A stretch of DNA of 48,487 nt, from assembly GCA_001786575.1 (NCBI GenBank), contig MFRW01000004.1, forward strand, positions 1 to 48,487. The letters run 5' to 3'. The DNA comes from Candidatus Moranbacteria bacterium RIFCSPHIGHO2_01_FULL_55_24 (GTDB lineage: Bacteria; Patescibacteriota; Minisyncoccia; Moranbacterales; UBA1568). Shown here piece by piece: positions 6,643 through 15,016 of the stretch. The notes below the pieces were generated by a model, which saw nothing but the letters and a program-made list of their open reading frames with translations, did not search any database and was not told the DNA's origin. Each line of letters begins with the position of its first letter. Position 1 is the stretch's first letter. Made by a program: the position numbers and the translations under genes.

Positions 6643-7089
6643 ATGAAAAATATCTGGTCTTTACTTTGCAGAAAAGCTCTTATTGATTCTCAGACTAATA
6701 CCATTAGCTTAATTGATTCCTTTGAAGAAATTGAGATCGGCATTGATCCAAGCGCAAAAGGGAAAAATGTAAATGTGGTTGTTGATTTTGAACTAGTTTC
6801 CTATTGGATAAAAGATAAGAATGACACTAAAAATTATTTAGGTAGCGTAGAAGTTACTGATCCAAATAATAAAATTTTAGGAAGCTTTCCCTTTAGTTTA
6901 GATTTTGCTAATTCCAACAGGTTACGGGCGCGTCTTCAGTTTTCTTCGATGATTGTTACAGTACAAGGTGAATATATTTTTCATGTCAAATATAAATCAG
7001 AAGATGAAGGGAAGTTTACAAAAGCTACAGAAATACCATTGTTAGTGAAGGTCGTAGAAACCATCAATAACTTAAAGTCCAATAAATAA
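6643..7089 (+). CDS. Beta-rich hypothetical protein (DUF6941-like), third gene of the toxin-antitoxin operon
   Basis: WSLLC..ALID..TN.ISLID N-terminus, DP..KIL and GEY.F motifs; 4-nt gap after the antitoxin. Confidence 0.65.
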   Translation: MKNIWSLLCRKALIDSQTNTISLIDSFEEIEIGIDPSAKGKNVNVVVDFELVSYWIKDKNDTKNYLGSVEVTDPNNKILGSFPFSLDFANSNRLRARLQFSSMIVTVQGEYIFHVKYKSEDEGKFTKATEIPLLVKVVETINNLKSNK

Positions 7090-7115
7090 AGCTGCTGACA
7101 TTCAATAAAAGATAC

Positions 7116-7148
7116 CAAAAAGGCCTGGAAAAAATCCAGGCCTTTTTG
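7116..7148. terminator. Bidirectional intrinsic terminator
   Basis: AAAAAGGCCTGGA-AAAAA-TCCAGGCCTTTTT. Confidence 0.85.
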
Positions 7149-7225
7149 TTACTTAGAGCTACTTAGCTCAATCTATTAGAACCGAATTTATACAAGAGAA
7201 CGTGTCAGATTCTCACCAAACACTC

Positions 7226-7588
7226 CTACTTAGTATTTTTATCTACTGGAATTGGATATTCTTCTTTCATAAGTAGTGCTATCTTTTTCTCAATATAGAA
7301 CTTTGAAATTAAAATTGCGGAAATATGAGCTAAAGCAATTAATAATAGCGCCCAGCAAGGATTCATCGAAAAATGGAACAAATGCAACAATGTCGCTACA
7401 GCAAGAAAAATTAGTCCAATCCAACCATCATAGAAAGCGCTTAGCTGTGCCCTAAGCACTAAAGCATTTCCACCATAGTAGGTTCTTGACTCGTCTTTTA
7501 TTACTCTCTTGGATCTTAAAACAATAGACTTTATGATCCAAAATCCAGCAACAAAATCGAAAACATAGGCTATTGTACTCGATTCCAT
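7226..7588 (-). CDS. Small hypothetical membrane protein (~3 TM)
   Basis: 120-aa ORF with three hydrophobic stretches; starts 13 nt after tRNA-Gly, inside the islet. Confidence 0.6.
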   Translation of the reverse strand: MESSTIAYVFDFVAGFWIIKSIVLRSKRVIKDESRTYYGGNALVLRAQLSAFYDGWIGLIFLAVATLLHLFHFSMNPCWALLLIALAHISAILISKFYIEKKIALLMKEEYPIPVDKNTK

Positions 7589-7601
7589 ATCTCACTTTGT
7601 G

Positions 7602-7673
7602 AGCGGGTAAGGGGAGTCGAACCCCTATCTAGTCCTTGGCAAGGACTCATAATAGCCGCTATACGATACCCGC
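7602..7673 (-). tRNA. tRNA-Gly(GCC)
   Basis: GCGGGTA/TACCCGC acceptor stem, AGTCC-TTGCCAA-GGACT anticodon arm. Confidence 0.96.
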
Positions 7674-7860
7674 TTATATACTATTGATCTGTTAAATATC
7701 TCTTCGCAAGACTCATGATAGCGGCATAATAGCCTCTGACTTATCACGATACCCGCTTATAGTACCTATTGATTTGTTAAAATATCTGTTTTTCGAGGTT
7801 CATGCTGGCCGCAGATAGCCTCTGACTTATCACGATACCCGCTTATAGTACCTATTGAAT
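7663..7860 (-). repeat. Degenerate tandem repeats (~83-86 nt) of the tRNA-Gly 5' end plus leader
   Basis: ACGATACCCGCTTATA...CTATTGA at 7663, 7746 and 7832; copies 2 and 3 share ATAGCCTCTGACTTATC. Confidence 0.85.
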
Positions 7861-7910
7861 CTGCTGCTAAATAACTGCTTATGCAGTATTTTCAAAAGAC
7901 TCTACTATAG

Positions 7911-7983
7911 TGGGACTGGCTGGATTCGAACCAGCGACCAAGCGGTTATGAGCCGCCTGCTCTTACCGCTGAGCTACAGTCCC
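7911..7983 (-). tRNA. tRNA-Ile2(CAT), lysidine type (rather than Met)
   Basis: GGCGG-CTCATAA-CCGCT anticodon arm; body resembles bacterial Ile2 tRNAs; no initiator features. Confidence 0.85.
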
Positions 7984-7999
7984 GGATAAGCCAAAGTCC

Positions 8000-8075
8000 G
8001 GTGGATAACTACCGTATAACTCACTTATCCACCCATATCCACACCGATATTATCAAAAAACTCTGTCCTTCTCAA
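8000..8075 (-). promoter_or_regulatory. tRNA promoter followed by three near-consensus DnaA boxes
   Basis: TTGAGA-17-TAATAT (8047-8075, minus strand); 8/9 boxes at 8000-8008, 8025-8033 and 8035-8043. Confidence 0.55.
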
Positions 8076-8087
8076 TCTTTTCTCGTG

Positions 8088-8159
8088 TGCCGAGGGGCAG
8101 GATCGAACTGCCGACACAAGGATCTTCAGTCCTCTGCTCTACCACTGAGCTACCTCGGC
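8088..8159 (-). tRNA. tRNA-Phe(GAA)
   Basis: GAGGA-CTGAAGA-TCCTT anticodon arm. Confidence 0.96.
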
Positions 8160-8184
8160 TTGCCATCGCATCTTAACAGTACTT

Positions 8185-8261
8185 TGGTGCACGCTCAAGG
8201 ACTCGAACCTTGGACCCCCTCGGTGTAAACGAGGTGCTCTAACCAACTGAGCTAAGCGTGC
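8185..8261 (-). tRNA. tRNA-Val(TAC), CCA encoded
   Basis: CCTCG-TTTACAC-CGAGG anticodon arm; ends in ACCA. Confidence 0.96.
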
Positions 8262-8278
8262 AGACGAGTTTTCCGGTG

Positions 8279-8362
8279 TGCCCAAGAGAGGACTCGAACC
8301 TCCAATCCCTTGCGGGAACTAGCACCTCAAGCTAGCGCGTATACCAATTCCGCCACCTGGGC
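8279..8362 (-). tRNA. tRNA-Leu(GAG)
   Basis: CTAGC-TTGAGGT-GCTAG anticodon arm, long variable arm. Confidence 0.96.
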
Positions 8363-8378
8363 ATGTGAAAGAGTGCGA

Positions 8379-8894
8379 TTAAGCCTCTTTCTTTTCTTCT
8401 GTCTCCTGCGAAGCCTCCGCTTCTACTCCCGCTACTTCTGCTTCTTCAGCCTGCTCTGGAGCCATTTCTTCGATAACCTCTTCCACTTCCTCGGAAGCGG
8501 TCTCGACAACGGCTACGGCCGGCTTCTGGCTGTCTTTCAAGGCCACCGTCTTCAGCTTCTTCGAAAGGACCTTGACCGACTTGTCGCGGACGAAGTAGAG
8601 CTTGGCACGGCGAGCCTTCGTGCGCTTCACGAACTCGATCTTCTCGATCTGCGGAGAAGAAAGCGGGAGCACCAGCTCCACGCCGATTCCGAAAGAAACC
8701 TTGCGGATAGTGAGGATCTGGGAAGAGCTCTGGCCGCCACGGATAGCGATAATTGTTCCCTGGAAGGCTTGAGTACGCTCTTTTCCGCCTTCTTTGATCT
8801 TGCGGTAGACCTTCACGACATCGCCTGCATGAAGCTCGGGAAGACCGAAATCTTTCCGCTGCGTCTTATTGAATGAGATGAGCTGTTGGTGCAT
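8379..8894 (-). CDS. rplS: 50S ribosomal protein L19 with acidic C-terminal tail
   Basis: GDVVKV..KIKEG.KER.QAFQG, GIGVE and RRAKLYFVR motifs; likely start ATG 8894. Confidence 0.95.
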   Translation of the reverse strand: MHQQLISFNKTQRKDFGLPELHAGDVVKVYRKIKEGGKERTQAFQGTIIAIRGGQSSSQILTIRKVSFGIGVELVLPLSSPQIEKIEFVKRTKARRAKLYFVRDKSVKVLSKKLKTVALKDSQKPAVAVVETASEEVEEVIEEMAPEQAEEAEVAGVEAEASQETEEKKEA

Positions 8895-8984
8895 AAGCTT
8901 CTGATTGGGAGCCATCCGAAAAAATCTTTCCGGCAAGCGAATAATGGATAAAGACTGTAGTAAATATAAAAAAGCCTAATGTCT

Positions 8985-10160
8985 CTATGAAGACAGGCTT
9001 TTCAAGGCCCCATTATCATAGCGAAATCCTCCGGTTTCGTCAATATCCTCCAAGAGCCCGCGAAAATCTTCCGGGAGCGGAGCGGAGAATACGTATTTTT
9101 GGCCGAAAAGAGGGAAGGAAAGCGATTCCGCATGGAGCATATGCCGGGGAATATCCGGGAATGCCGCCCGGGAGGCTTTGGAAGCATACAGCTTGTCTCC
9201 GAGAACAGGATTTCCCAAAGCGGCAGCATGAACCCTGATCTGGTGCATCCGGCCCGTTTTCGGGGAGAATTCCACCAAACTTGCTCCGGAACCTGGGAAA
9301 TGCGCCAATACCCGGTATTCGGTGACCGCCTCGCGCCTCTGGGGGTCTTCTCCATCCCTTGCCCGGGCGATGCGGCGCTTCAGAGTTCCCTTCTTTCGGG
9401 TCAGTGGGAGATCGATAATCCCAGCTTCTTGAGGCATTTTCCCATAAACCAGGGCCAGATAGGTCTTTTCCGCCTGTCTCTCCTGGAAGGCCTGTTTGAG
9501 CGCCTGAAACGCCTTTTCTGTCCGAGCAACCACAAGGACTCCGGAAGTCTCACGATCCAAACGATGGACTATTCCCGGACGCTCTTCGTCTTCTCCGACA
9601 TCCTTGATTTCCGGATAACGGAAAAGAATGGCTTCAATAAGGGAAAAATCAGAAGACTTTCTCCCGGCCTTGGGATGCACGGAAATACCGCTCTCTTTAT
9701 TGAGCACCAGAAAGTCCTTATTCTCCTCCAATACCCCAAGGGTATACCTTCTGGCACCCAGAGTTCTTTTTTCGACTGCCTCGCTGTTCCAAATCGCTTC
9801 GGACACTGTGATCTTATCCTTATAGAAAAGCTTGGTTTCGGGATTCGCGCGCTTCCCGTTTAGGAGGATATCCCCGGAGAGTATGAGCTTCTTGAGTTCG
9901 GAACGGGAAAAACGGGCACCTTCCGGCATATCCGGGTGTCCCTGAAGGAGGCTCGCAAGCGCCAGATCGAGACGCTTATCGACATATTTTCTGGGCACGA
10001 AAAAGGTCATGCCGAGGGGTCTTGGTTCCATAGCTGGTTTCGTGGTATTCCTGTTCTTTCCCGGGGAGCACCCCAGGAAATCGAGGGGCGGATGGCGTCT
10101 TGTTCTTGTGACACGGATTTGCTTTTTTGGCAAGGGAATGGCCGTTTTCTCTTTTCGCAT
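8985..10160 (-). CDS. RluA/RluD-family pseudouridine synthase
   Basis: S4-like domain, VHRLDRETSG and KTGRMHQIRVH; true start may be 10031. Confidence 0.92.
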   Translation of the reverse strand: MRKEKTAIPLPKKQIRVTRTRRHPPLDFLGCSPGKNRNTTKPAMEPRPLGMTFFVPRKYVDKRLDLALASLLQGHPDMPEGARFSRSELKKLILSGDILLNGKRANPETKLFYKDKITVSEAIWNSEAVEKRTLGARRYTLGVLEENKDFLVLNKESGISVHPKAGRKSSDFSLIEAILFRYPEIKDVGEDEERPGIVHRLDRETSGVLVVARTEKAFQALKQAFQERQAEKTYLALVYGKMPQEAGIIDLPLTRKKGTLKRRIARARDGEDPQRREAVTEYRVLAHFPGSGASLVEFSPKTGRMHQIRVHAAALGNPVLGDKLYASKASRAAFPDIPRHMLHAESLSFPLFGQKYVFSAPLPEDFRGLLEDIDETGGFRYDNGALKSLSS

Positions 10161-10200
10161 CTTGTGGTAATATCTTTATTGCATGCACAACATATAGTTG
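10152..10200. promoter_or_regulatory. Candidate NrdR box(es)
   Basis: GCACAACATATAGTTG (10185-10200) fits acaCwAtATaTwGtgt; weaker half-match at 10152-10167; upstream of sod-nrdAB. Confidence 0.5.
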
Positions 10201-10255
10201 ATTTATCATTTTTTACGTAAAATACGGACCGAAAGAGGGCTCTGGCAGCCGTTAT

Positions 10256-10284
10256 TTGACACCGCAATTTTCCACTCGTATTAT
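10256..10284 (+). promoter_or_regulatory. sigma70 promoter of sod-nrdAB
   Basis: TTGACA-17-TATTAT. Confidence 0.75.
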
Positions 10285-10358
10285 ACGGAAGCGACCCGAA
10301 AAATTTCCAGAGAAAATTCTCAAAAAAATAATAAAATAATTTCTTAAATACATTCCAT

Positions 10359-10931
10359 ATGCCGACCTACACCGCCAAAAATTATTCGCACCTTCTCGGT
10401 ACCGAAGGCCTAAGCGATACGCTCCTCACGAATCACTTCACTCTCTATGAAGGGTACGTGACGAACACGAACAAGCTCATCGAACTTTTGGAAACGAAAG
10501 AGATCGGCACGCCGGAGTATTCGGAACTGCAGAGACGCTTCGGTTGGGAGTGGAACGGCATCCGTCTCCACGAATACTATTTCGGCAATATGAAAAAAGG
10601 AGGGAGCGTTCTTTCGGATGGCCCTCTGAAGGAACAGATTGAAAAATCTTTCGGTAGTTTTGAAAATTGGCAGAAGCGGTTTTTCGGAATCGGAGCGATG
10701 CGCGGCATCGGCTGGGTGCTTCTCGTGCAGGATGAAGAATCCGGCGAGCTCTTCAACCTCTGGATCAACGAACATGATGCCGGACATCTTGCCGGAGCGC
10801 GCATTCTTTTGGTCATGGATGTTTTCGAACATGCTTTCGTCCTCGACTACGGCGTCAAGAAAGCGGATTATATCGCTGCCTTCTCCAAGGCCATCGACTG
10901 GGAGACGGTCAGCGCGCGGTTCCAGAAATAA
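10359..10931 (+). CDS. Fe/Mn-family superoxide dismutase
   Basis: NHF.LY.GYV, LHEYYF, GIGWV and DVFEHAF metal-ligand motifs. Confidence 0.88.
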   Translation: MPTYTAKNYSHLLGTEGLSDTLLTNHFTLYEGYVTNTNKLIELLETKEIGTPEYSELQRRFGWEWNGIRLHEYYFGNMKKGGSVLSDGPLKEQIEKSFGSFENWQKRFFGIGAMRGIGWVLLVQDEESGELFNLWINEHDAGHLAGARILLVMDVFEHAFVLDYGVKKADYIAAFSKAIDWETVSARFQK

Positions 10932-11016
10932 GAGCGGTTCTCAATAATCTTTTATCCCTTAATAGAGAGATCTGGGTGCAAGCGAATGATTTGCCTCATC
11001 TCAATGAGCGACACAT

Positions 11017-13851
11017 ATGGCGGACAATATCCTGAAGATCAAAAAGCGGAGCGGTGAGATCGTTGAATTCGAAAGCGGCAAGATCGCAATCGCGATCGAA
11101 AAGGCTTTCGTAGCAGTCACGGGAACCAAAGACCCTGCGCGTGTACAGGCGCTTGCCGACGAAGTCATCCGCCAGCTGGAAGTCCTTTTCGTAAACAGCG
11201 TTCCATCAGTAGAGAACGTGCAGGACCTCGTCGAGAAAGAGCTCATGAAGGGGGGCTACTTCGATGTCGCCAAGTCCTACATCCTCTACCGGTACGAGCA
11301 CCAGAAAGAGCGCGAAGAGAAGAAGAAAGAAACCATCAAGAAGATCGAGGAACGTGCGCTTCTCGTCACCAAGCGCGACGGACGTACGGAAAAATTCTCC
11401 CGCGAAAAGCTCGAGGCCTCTTTCCGCAAGATGGCCGGCGAGCTCGCAACGCAGGTAGACGTGGACTTCATCATCAACCAGACCCAGTCCGAACTCTATG
11501 ACGGGATCAAGACGACCGATGTTTTCCGTACGCTCATGATGACCGTGCGCGCCCTCATGGAACAGGACACGCTCTACTCGCACATCGCTTCGCGCATCCT
11601 CCTAAACAGCATCTACAAAGAGACGGTCGGAGGAGAAAAGATCGATTTCTCGGATCTCGAAGCGCTCTATCGCCGCGCCTTCGTCGAGAACATCAAGGAA
11701 GCCGTGCGTATCGAGCGGCTCGATCCGAAGCTTCTCGAATACGATCTCGAAGCCATGAGCCAGGAACTCGTGATCGAGCGCGACGATCTCTTCCGCTACC
11801 TCGGTATCCAGACGCTCTACGATCGCTATCTCATCGCCAACCCTCGCACGAAGAAGATCCTCGAGACTCCGCAGGCCTTCTGGATGCGCGTGGCTATGGG
11901 TCTCGCTCTCCGTGAGAACGACCGGACCAAGCGAGCCAAAGAATTCTACGATGTCATCTCGACCTTCCGTTTCGTTCCGTCCACGCCGACACTCTTCCAT
12001 TCCGGAACTGCCTCGCCGCAGCTCTCTTCGTGCTACTTGAATACCGTCAGCGACTCGCTCGATAACATCTTCAAGACCTACTCGGACAACGCGCAGCTTT
12101 CCAAATGGTCGGGCGGTATCGGGACCGACTGGACCAACGTGCGCGCGACCGGCGCCTTCATCAAGGGCACGGGCGTCGAGAGCCAGGGCGTCATCCCGTT
12201 CCTGAAAATCGCCAATGACGTGACCGTCGCCATCAATCGCTCCGGCCGGCGGCGCGGTGCAGCCTGCGTCTACCTGGAAAGCTGGCACGCCGATGTCGAA
12301 GACTTCCTGGAGCTCCGCAAGAATACCGGCGATGAGCGGCGGCGCACCCATGACATGGACACCGCCAACTGGATTCCCGATCTCTTCATGAAGCGCGTGA
12401 TGGAAGACGGGGACTGGACCCTCTTCTCCCCGGAAGAAGTCCCGGATCTGCACCATATCTTCGGCCGCGCCTTCGAGGAGCGCTATGCTCACTATGAAAA
12501 GGAAGCTGCCGCCGGCCATATGTACCTCGCGAAGACCATGAAGGCCCGCGACCTCTGGAAGAAGATGCTCGCGATGCTCTTCGAGACCGGCCATCCTTGG
12601 ATCACCTGGAAAGACCCTTCGAACGTGCGCTCCCCGCAAGACCACGTCGGCGTCATCCATAACTCGAACCTCTGCACCGAGATCACGCTCAACACTTCCG
12701 AAGACGAGACGGCTGTCTGCAACTTGGGCTGGATCAACTTCGCCAAGCACGTGAAGGACGGAAAATGGAATGAGGAGCTCGTGAAAGAAACCGTGACGGT
12801 CGGCATGCGCATGCTCGACAACGTCATCGACATCAACTTCTACCCGACGAAAGAAGCGCGGAATTCGAACATGAAGCATCGTCCGGTCGGACTCGGCATG
12901 GGAGGCTTCCACGATGCGCTCTACCAGATGAATGTCAATTTCGATTCCGAGGCGGCGGTCGAATTCGCCGACAGCAGCATGGAGGGGGTCTCCTACTACG
13001 CTCTCCTCGCCTCTGCGAATCTCGCGAAGGAACGCGGCACGTACGAGAGCTACAAGGGATCGAAGTGGGATCGGAATATCCTGCCGATCGACACGCTCGA
13101 CCTCCTCGAAACCGAGCGCGGCATGAAGATCGATGTCCCGCGCACCGCGCGCCTGGACTGGAGCGTCGTACGCGAAGCTATCCGCCAATACGGGATGCGC
13201 AATTCCAACTGCCTCGCCGTCGCTCCGACTGCCACGACTTCGAACATCGTCGGGTCCATCCCGTCGATCGAGCCGATCTACAAGAACATCTACGTGAAGT
13301 CGAATCAGGGCGGGGACTTCATCGTGCTGAACCCGTATCTCGTGGAAGAATTGAAGAAGCTCAATCTCTGGGATTATGAGATGGTCGGGAAGATCAAGTA
13401 CAACGACGGCAGCATCCAGAACATTTCGGAGATTCCTGAAAACATCCGCGCGAAATACAAGGAGGTCTTCGAGATCGATCCACGCTGGCTCATCAAGAGC
13501 GCCGCTTACCGCGGGAAATGGATCGACCAGAGCCAGTCGCTCAATATCTTCTTCCAAGGCACTTCCGGAAAACAGCTTTCCGAAGTCTACCTATACGCCT
13601 GGCAGCTGGGACTCAAGACCACCTACTACCTGCGCACTCTCGCCGCTTCCCAAGTAGAGAAGTCTACCGTCGATACGGCCCAATTCGGCTCGACGCACAC
13701 GCGTAAACAGGCGGACTCGGCGAAGATCGAAGCAGGTGCTCCGATGTCCGCTCCGGCCCCGGTACCGGAAAAAAAGATCGTGAGCGCTCCTCCGACCGGC
13801 GAAGTGAAGCTCTGCCGCATCGATGACCCGACGTGCGAATCCTGCCAATAA
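11017..13851 (+). CDS. nrdA: Ribonucleotide reductase class Ia alpha subunit with two N-terminal ATP cones
   Basis: Two KKRSG/TKRDG cone starts, SSCYL, SNLCTEI, APTAT, TTYY and a C-terminal CESCQ. Confidence 0.97.
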   Translation: MADNILKIKKRSGEIVEFESGKIAIAIEKAFVAVTGTKDPARVQALADEVIRQLEVLFVNSVPSVENVQDLVEKELMKGGYFDVAKSYILYRYEHQKEREEKKKETIKKIEERALLVTKRDGRTEKFSREKLEASFRKMAGELATQVDVDFIINQTQSELYDGIKTTDVFRTLMMTVRALMEQDTLYSHIASRILLNSIYKETVGGEKIDFSDLEALYRRAFVENIKEAVRIERLDPKLLEYDLEAMSQELVIERDDLFRYLGIQTLYDRYLIANPRTKKILETPQAFWMRVAMGLALRENDRTKRAKEFYDVISTFRFVPSTPTLFHSGTASPQLSSCYLNTVSDSLDNIFKTYSDNAQLSKWSGGIGTDWTNVRATGAFIKGTGVESQGVIPFLKIANDVTVAINRSGRRRGAACVYLESWHADVEDFLELRKNTGDERRRTHDMDTANWIPDLFMKRVMEDGDWTLFSPEEVPDLHHIFGRAFEERYAHYEKEAAAGHMYLAKTMKARDLWKKMLAMLFETGHPWITWKDPSNVRSPQDHVGVIHNSNLCTEITLNTSEDETAVCNLGWINFAKHVKDGKWNEELVKETVTVGMRMLDNVIDINFYPTKEARNSNMKHRPVGLGMGGFHDALYQMNVNFDSEAAVEFADSSMEGVSYYALLASANLAKERGTYESYKGSKWDRNILPIDTLDLLETERGMKIDVPRTARLDWSVVREAIRQYGMRNSNCLAVAPTATTSNIVGSIPSIEPIYKNIYVKSNQGGDFIVLNPYLVEELKKLNLWDYEMVGKIKYNDGSIQNISEIPENIRAKYKEVFEIDPRWLIKSAAYRGKWIDQSQSLNIFFQGTSGKQLSEVYLYAWQLGLKTTYYLRTLAASQVEKSTVDTAQFGSTHTRKQADSAKIEAGAPMSAPAPVPEKKIVSAPPTGEVKLCRIDDPTCESCQ

Positions 13852-13875
13852 TCCCTCTTAAACGTTCTTTCCGCT

Positions 13876-14910
13876 ATGCCTATCAACAAAACCGACCAGA
13901 AGGTCAACATAAACCAAAGAAGGGTGATCAACGGGGCCGATGCCGATGTCATCCAGCTCTACCCGATGAAGCATAAATTCGCCTGGGAGGCCTACCTCGC
14001 CGGGAATGCCAATCATTGGCTCCCGACCGAGATCGGCATGCAGAAGGATATCGAGCAGTGGAAATCGAATTCCGTGCTCTCGGAAGACGAACGTAAGGCG
14101 CTGAAAACGGTTCTCGGCTTCTTCACGACTGCCGATTCGATCGCCGCGAACAATGTTGCACTCGCTTTCTACCGCCATATCACCTCTCCGGAGTGCCGCC
14201 TCTATATCCTGCGCCAAGCCTACGAGGAAGCGATCCACACCCATGCCTACCAGTACATCGTGGAGTCGCTCGGCCTGGAAGAAGGAGAGATCTTCAACAT
14301 GTATCGCGAGGTAGAATCCATCTACAATAAGGACGCTTTCGTTCTCGGCTTCAATGAGGGGATATTCGACCCGGAATTCAAGACCGGTACCTTCGAAAAC
14401 GACCAGAAATTCCTCGAGAACATCTGCGTCTTCTCGCTCATTATGGAAGGCATCTTCTTCTACAGCTCGTTCGCGGTCATGTTCGGTTTCCAGCGCCAGA
14501 ACAAGATGATGGGAAGCGCCGAACAGATCCAGTACATCATGCGCGACGAGTCCCAGCACCTGAATTTCGGCATCAACCTCATCAACACCATCAAGGAGGA
14601 ACAGCCCGAGCTCTGGACTGCAGACTTCCAGGCTCACATCATCGACCTCATCAAACAGGCTGTGGTCCTCGAATACACCTTCGCTCGGGAAGTCTTCCCG
14701 AACGGCATCTTCGGCATGAACAGCGACAACTTCAAGCAGTACATCGAGCACATCGCGGATCGGCGCCTGGAGCGCGTGGGACTCCCCGCCCAGTACAATG
14801 TCGTCAATCCGTTCCCATGGATGTCGGAAGCGGTCGACCTCTCCAAAGAGAAGAACTTCTTCGAGACCCGCGTCACCGAATACCAGGTCGGTGGCACCCT
14901 CGAGTGGTAG
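13876..14910 (+). CDS. nrdB: Ribonucleotide reductase class Ia beta subunit
   Basis: FFTTADS (Asp ligand), EEAIHTHAY (radical Tyr retained), EGIFFY, RDESQH and NFFETRVTEY. Confidence 0.97.
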   Translation: MPINKTDQKVNINQRRVINGADADVIQLYPMKHKFAWEAYLAGNANHWLPTEIGMQKDIEQWKSNSVLSEDERKALKTVLGFFTTADSIAANNVALAFYRHITSPECRLYILRQAYEEAIHTHAYQYIVESLGLEEGEIFNMYREVESIYNKDAFVLGFNEGIFDPEFKTGTFENDQKFLENICVFSLIMEGIFFYSSFAVMFGFQRQNKMMGSAEQIQYIMRDESQHLNFGINLINTIKEEQPELWTADFQAHIIDLIKQAVVLEYTFAREVFPNGIFGMNSDNFKQYIEHIADRRLERVGLPAQYNVVNPFPWMSEAVDLSKEKNFFETRVTEYQVGGTLEW

Positions 14911-14927
14911 GAATCGGAACAAAGAGA

Positions 14928-14969
14928 AACCCCTCTCTTGCAAGGCCTGAAGAGAGAGGTTTTGTTTTT
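14928..14969 (+). terminator. Probable intrinsic terminator after nrdB
   Basis: Imperfect AAACCCCTCTCTT/AAGAGAGAGGTTT stem followed by a T-rich run. Confidence 0.55.
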
Positions 14970-15016
14970 CTCCCGGGTTCTCTCTGTGGTATAATGGCGG
15001 TGCTGACAAAAAGAAT

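Larger units (their letters stand above)
5717..7608. mobile_element. AT-rich genomic islet integrated at the tRNA-Gly 3' end; no integrase
   Basis: TGAGCGGGT at 5717-5725 and 7600-7608 (tRNA 3' end ACCCGCTCA); visibly AT-richer; carries a toxin-antitoxin module. Confidence 0.65.

Noticed and set aside
7911-7983. tRNA-Met or initiator tRNA assignment
   Set aside because: Paired 1-72 position, no run of three G-C pairs at the base of the anticodon stem, and the body resembles Ile2; elongator Met is not fully excluded
11602-13557. 651-aa antisense ORF in nrdA (similarly 13858-15030, 40181-41305, 41822-42787 and 38830-39948)
   Set aside because: Shadow frames produced by the codon bias of well-conserved genes on the opposite strand; no recognisable motifs
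13876-14910. Class Ic (Mn/Fe, Chlamydia-type) RNR assignment
   Set aside because: The radical Tyr and first Asp ligand are retained
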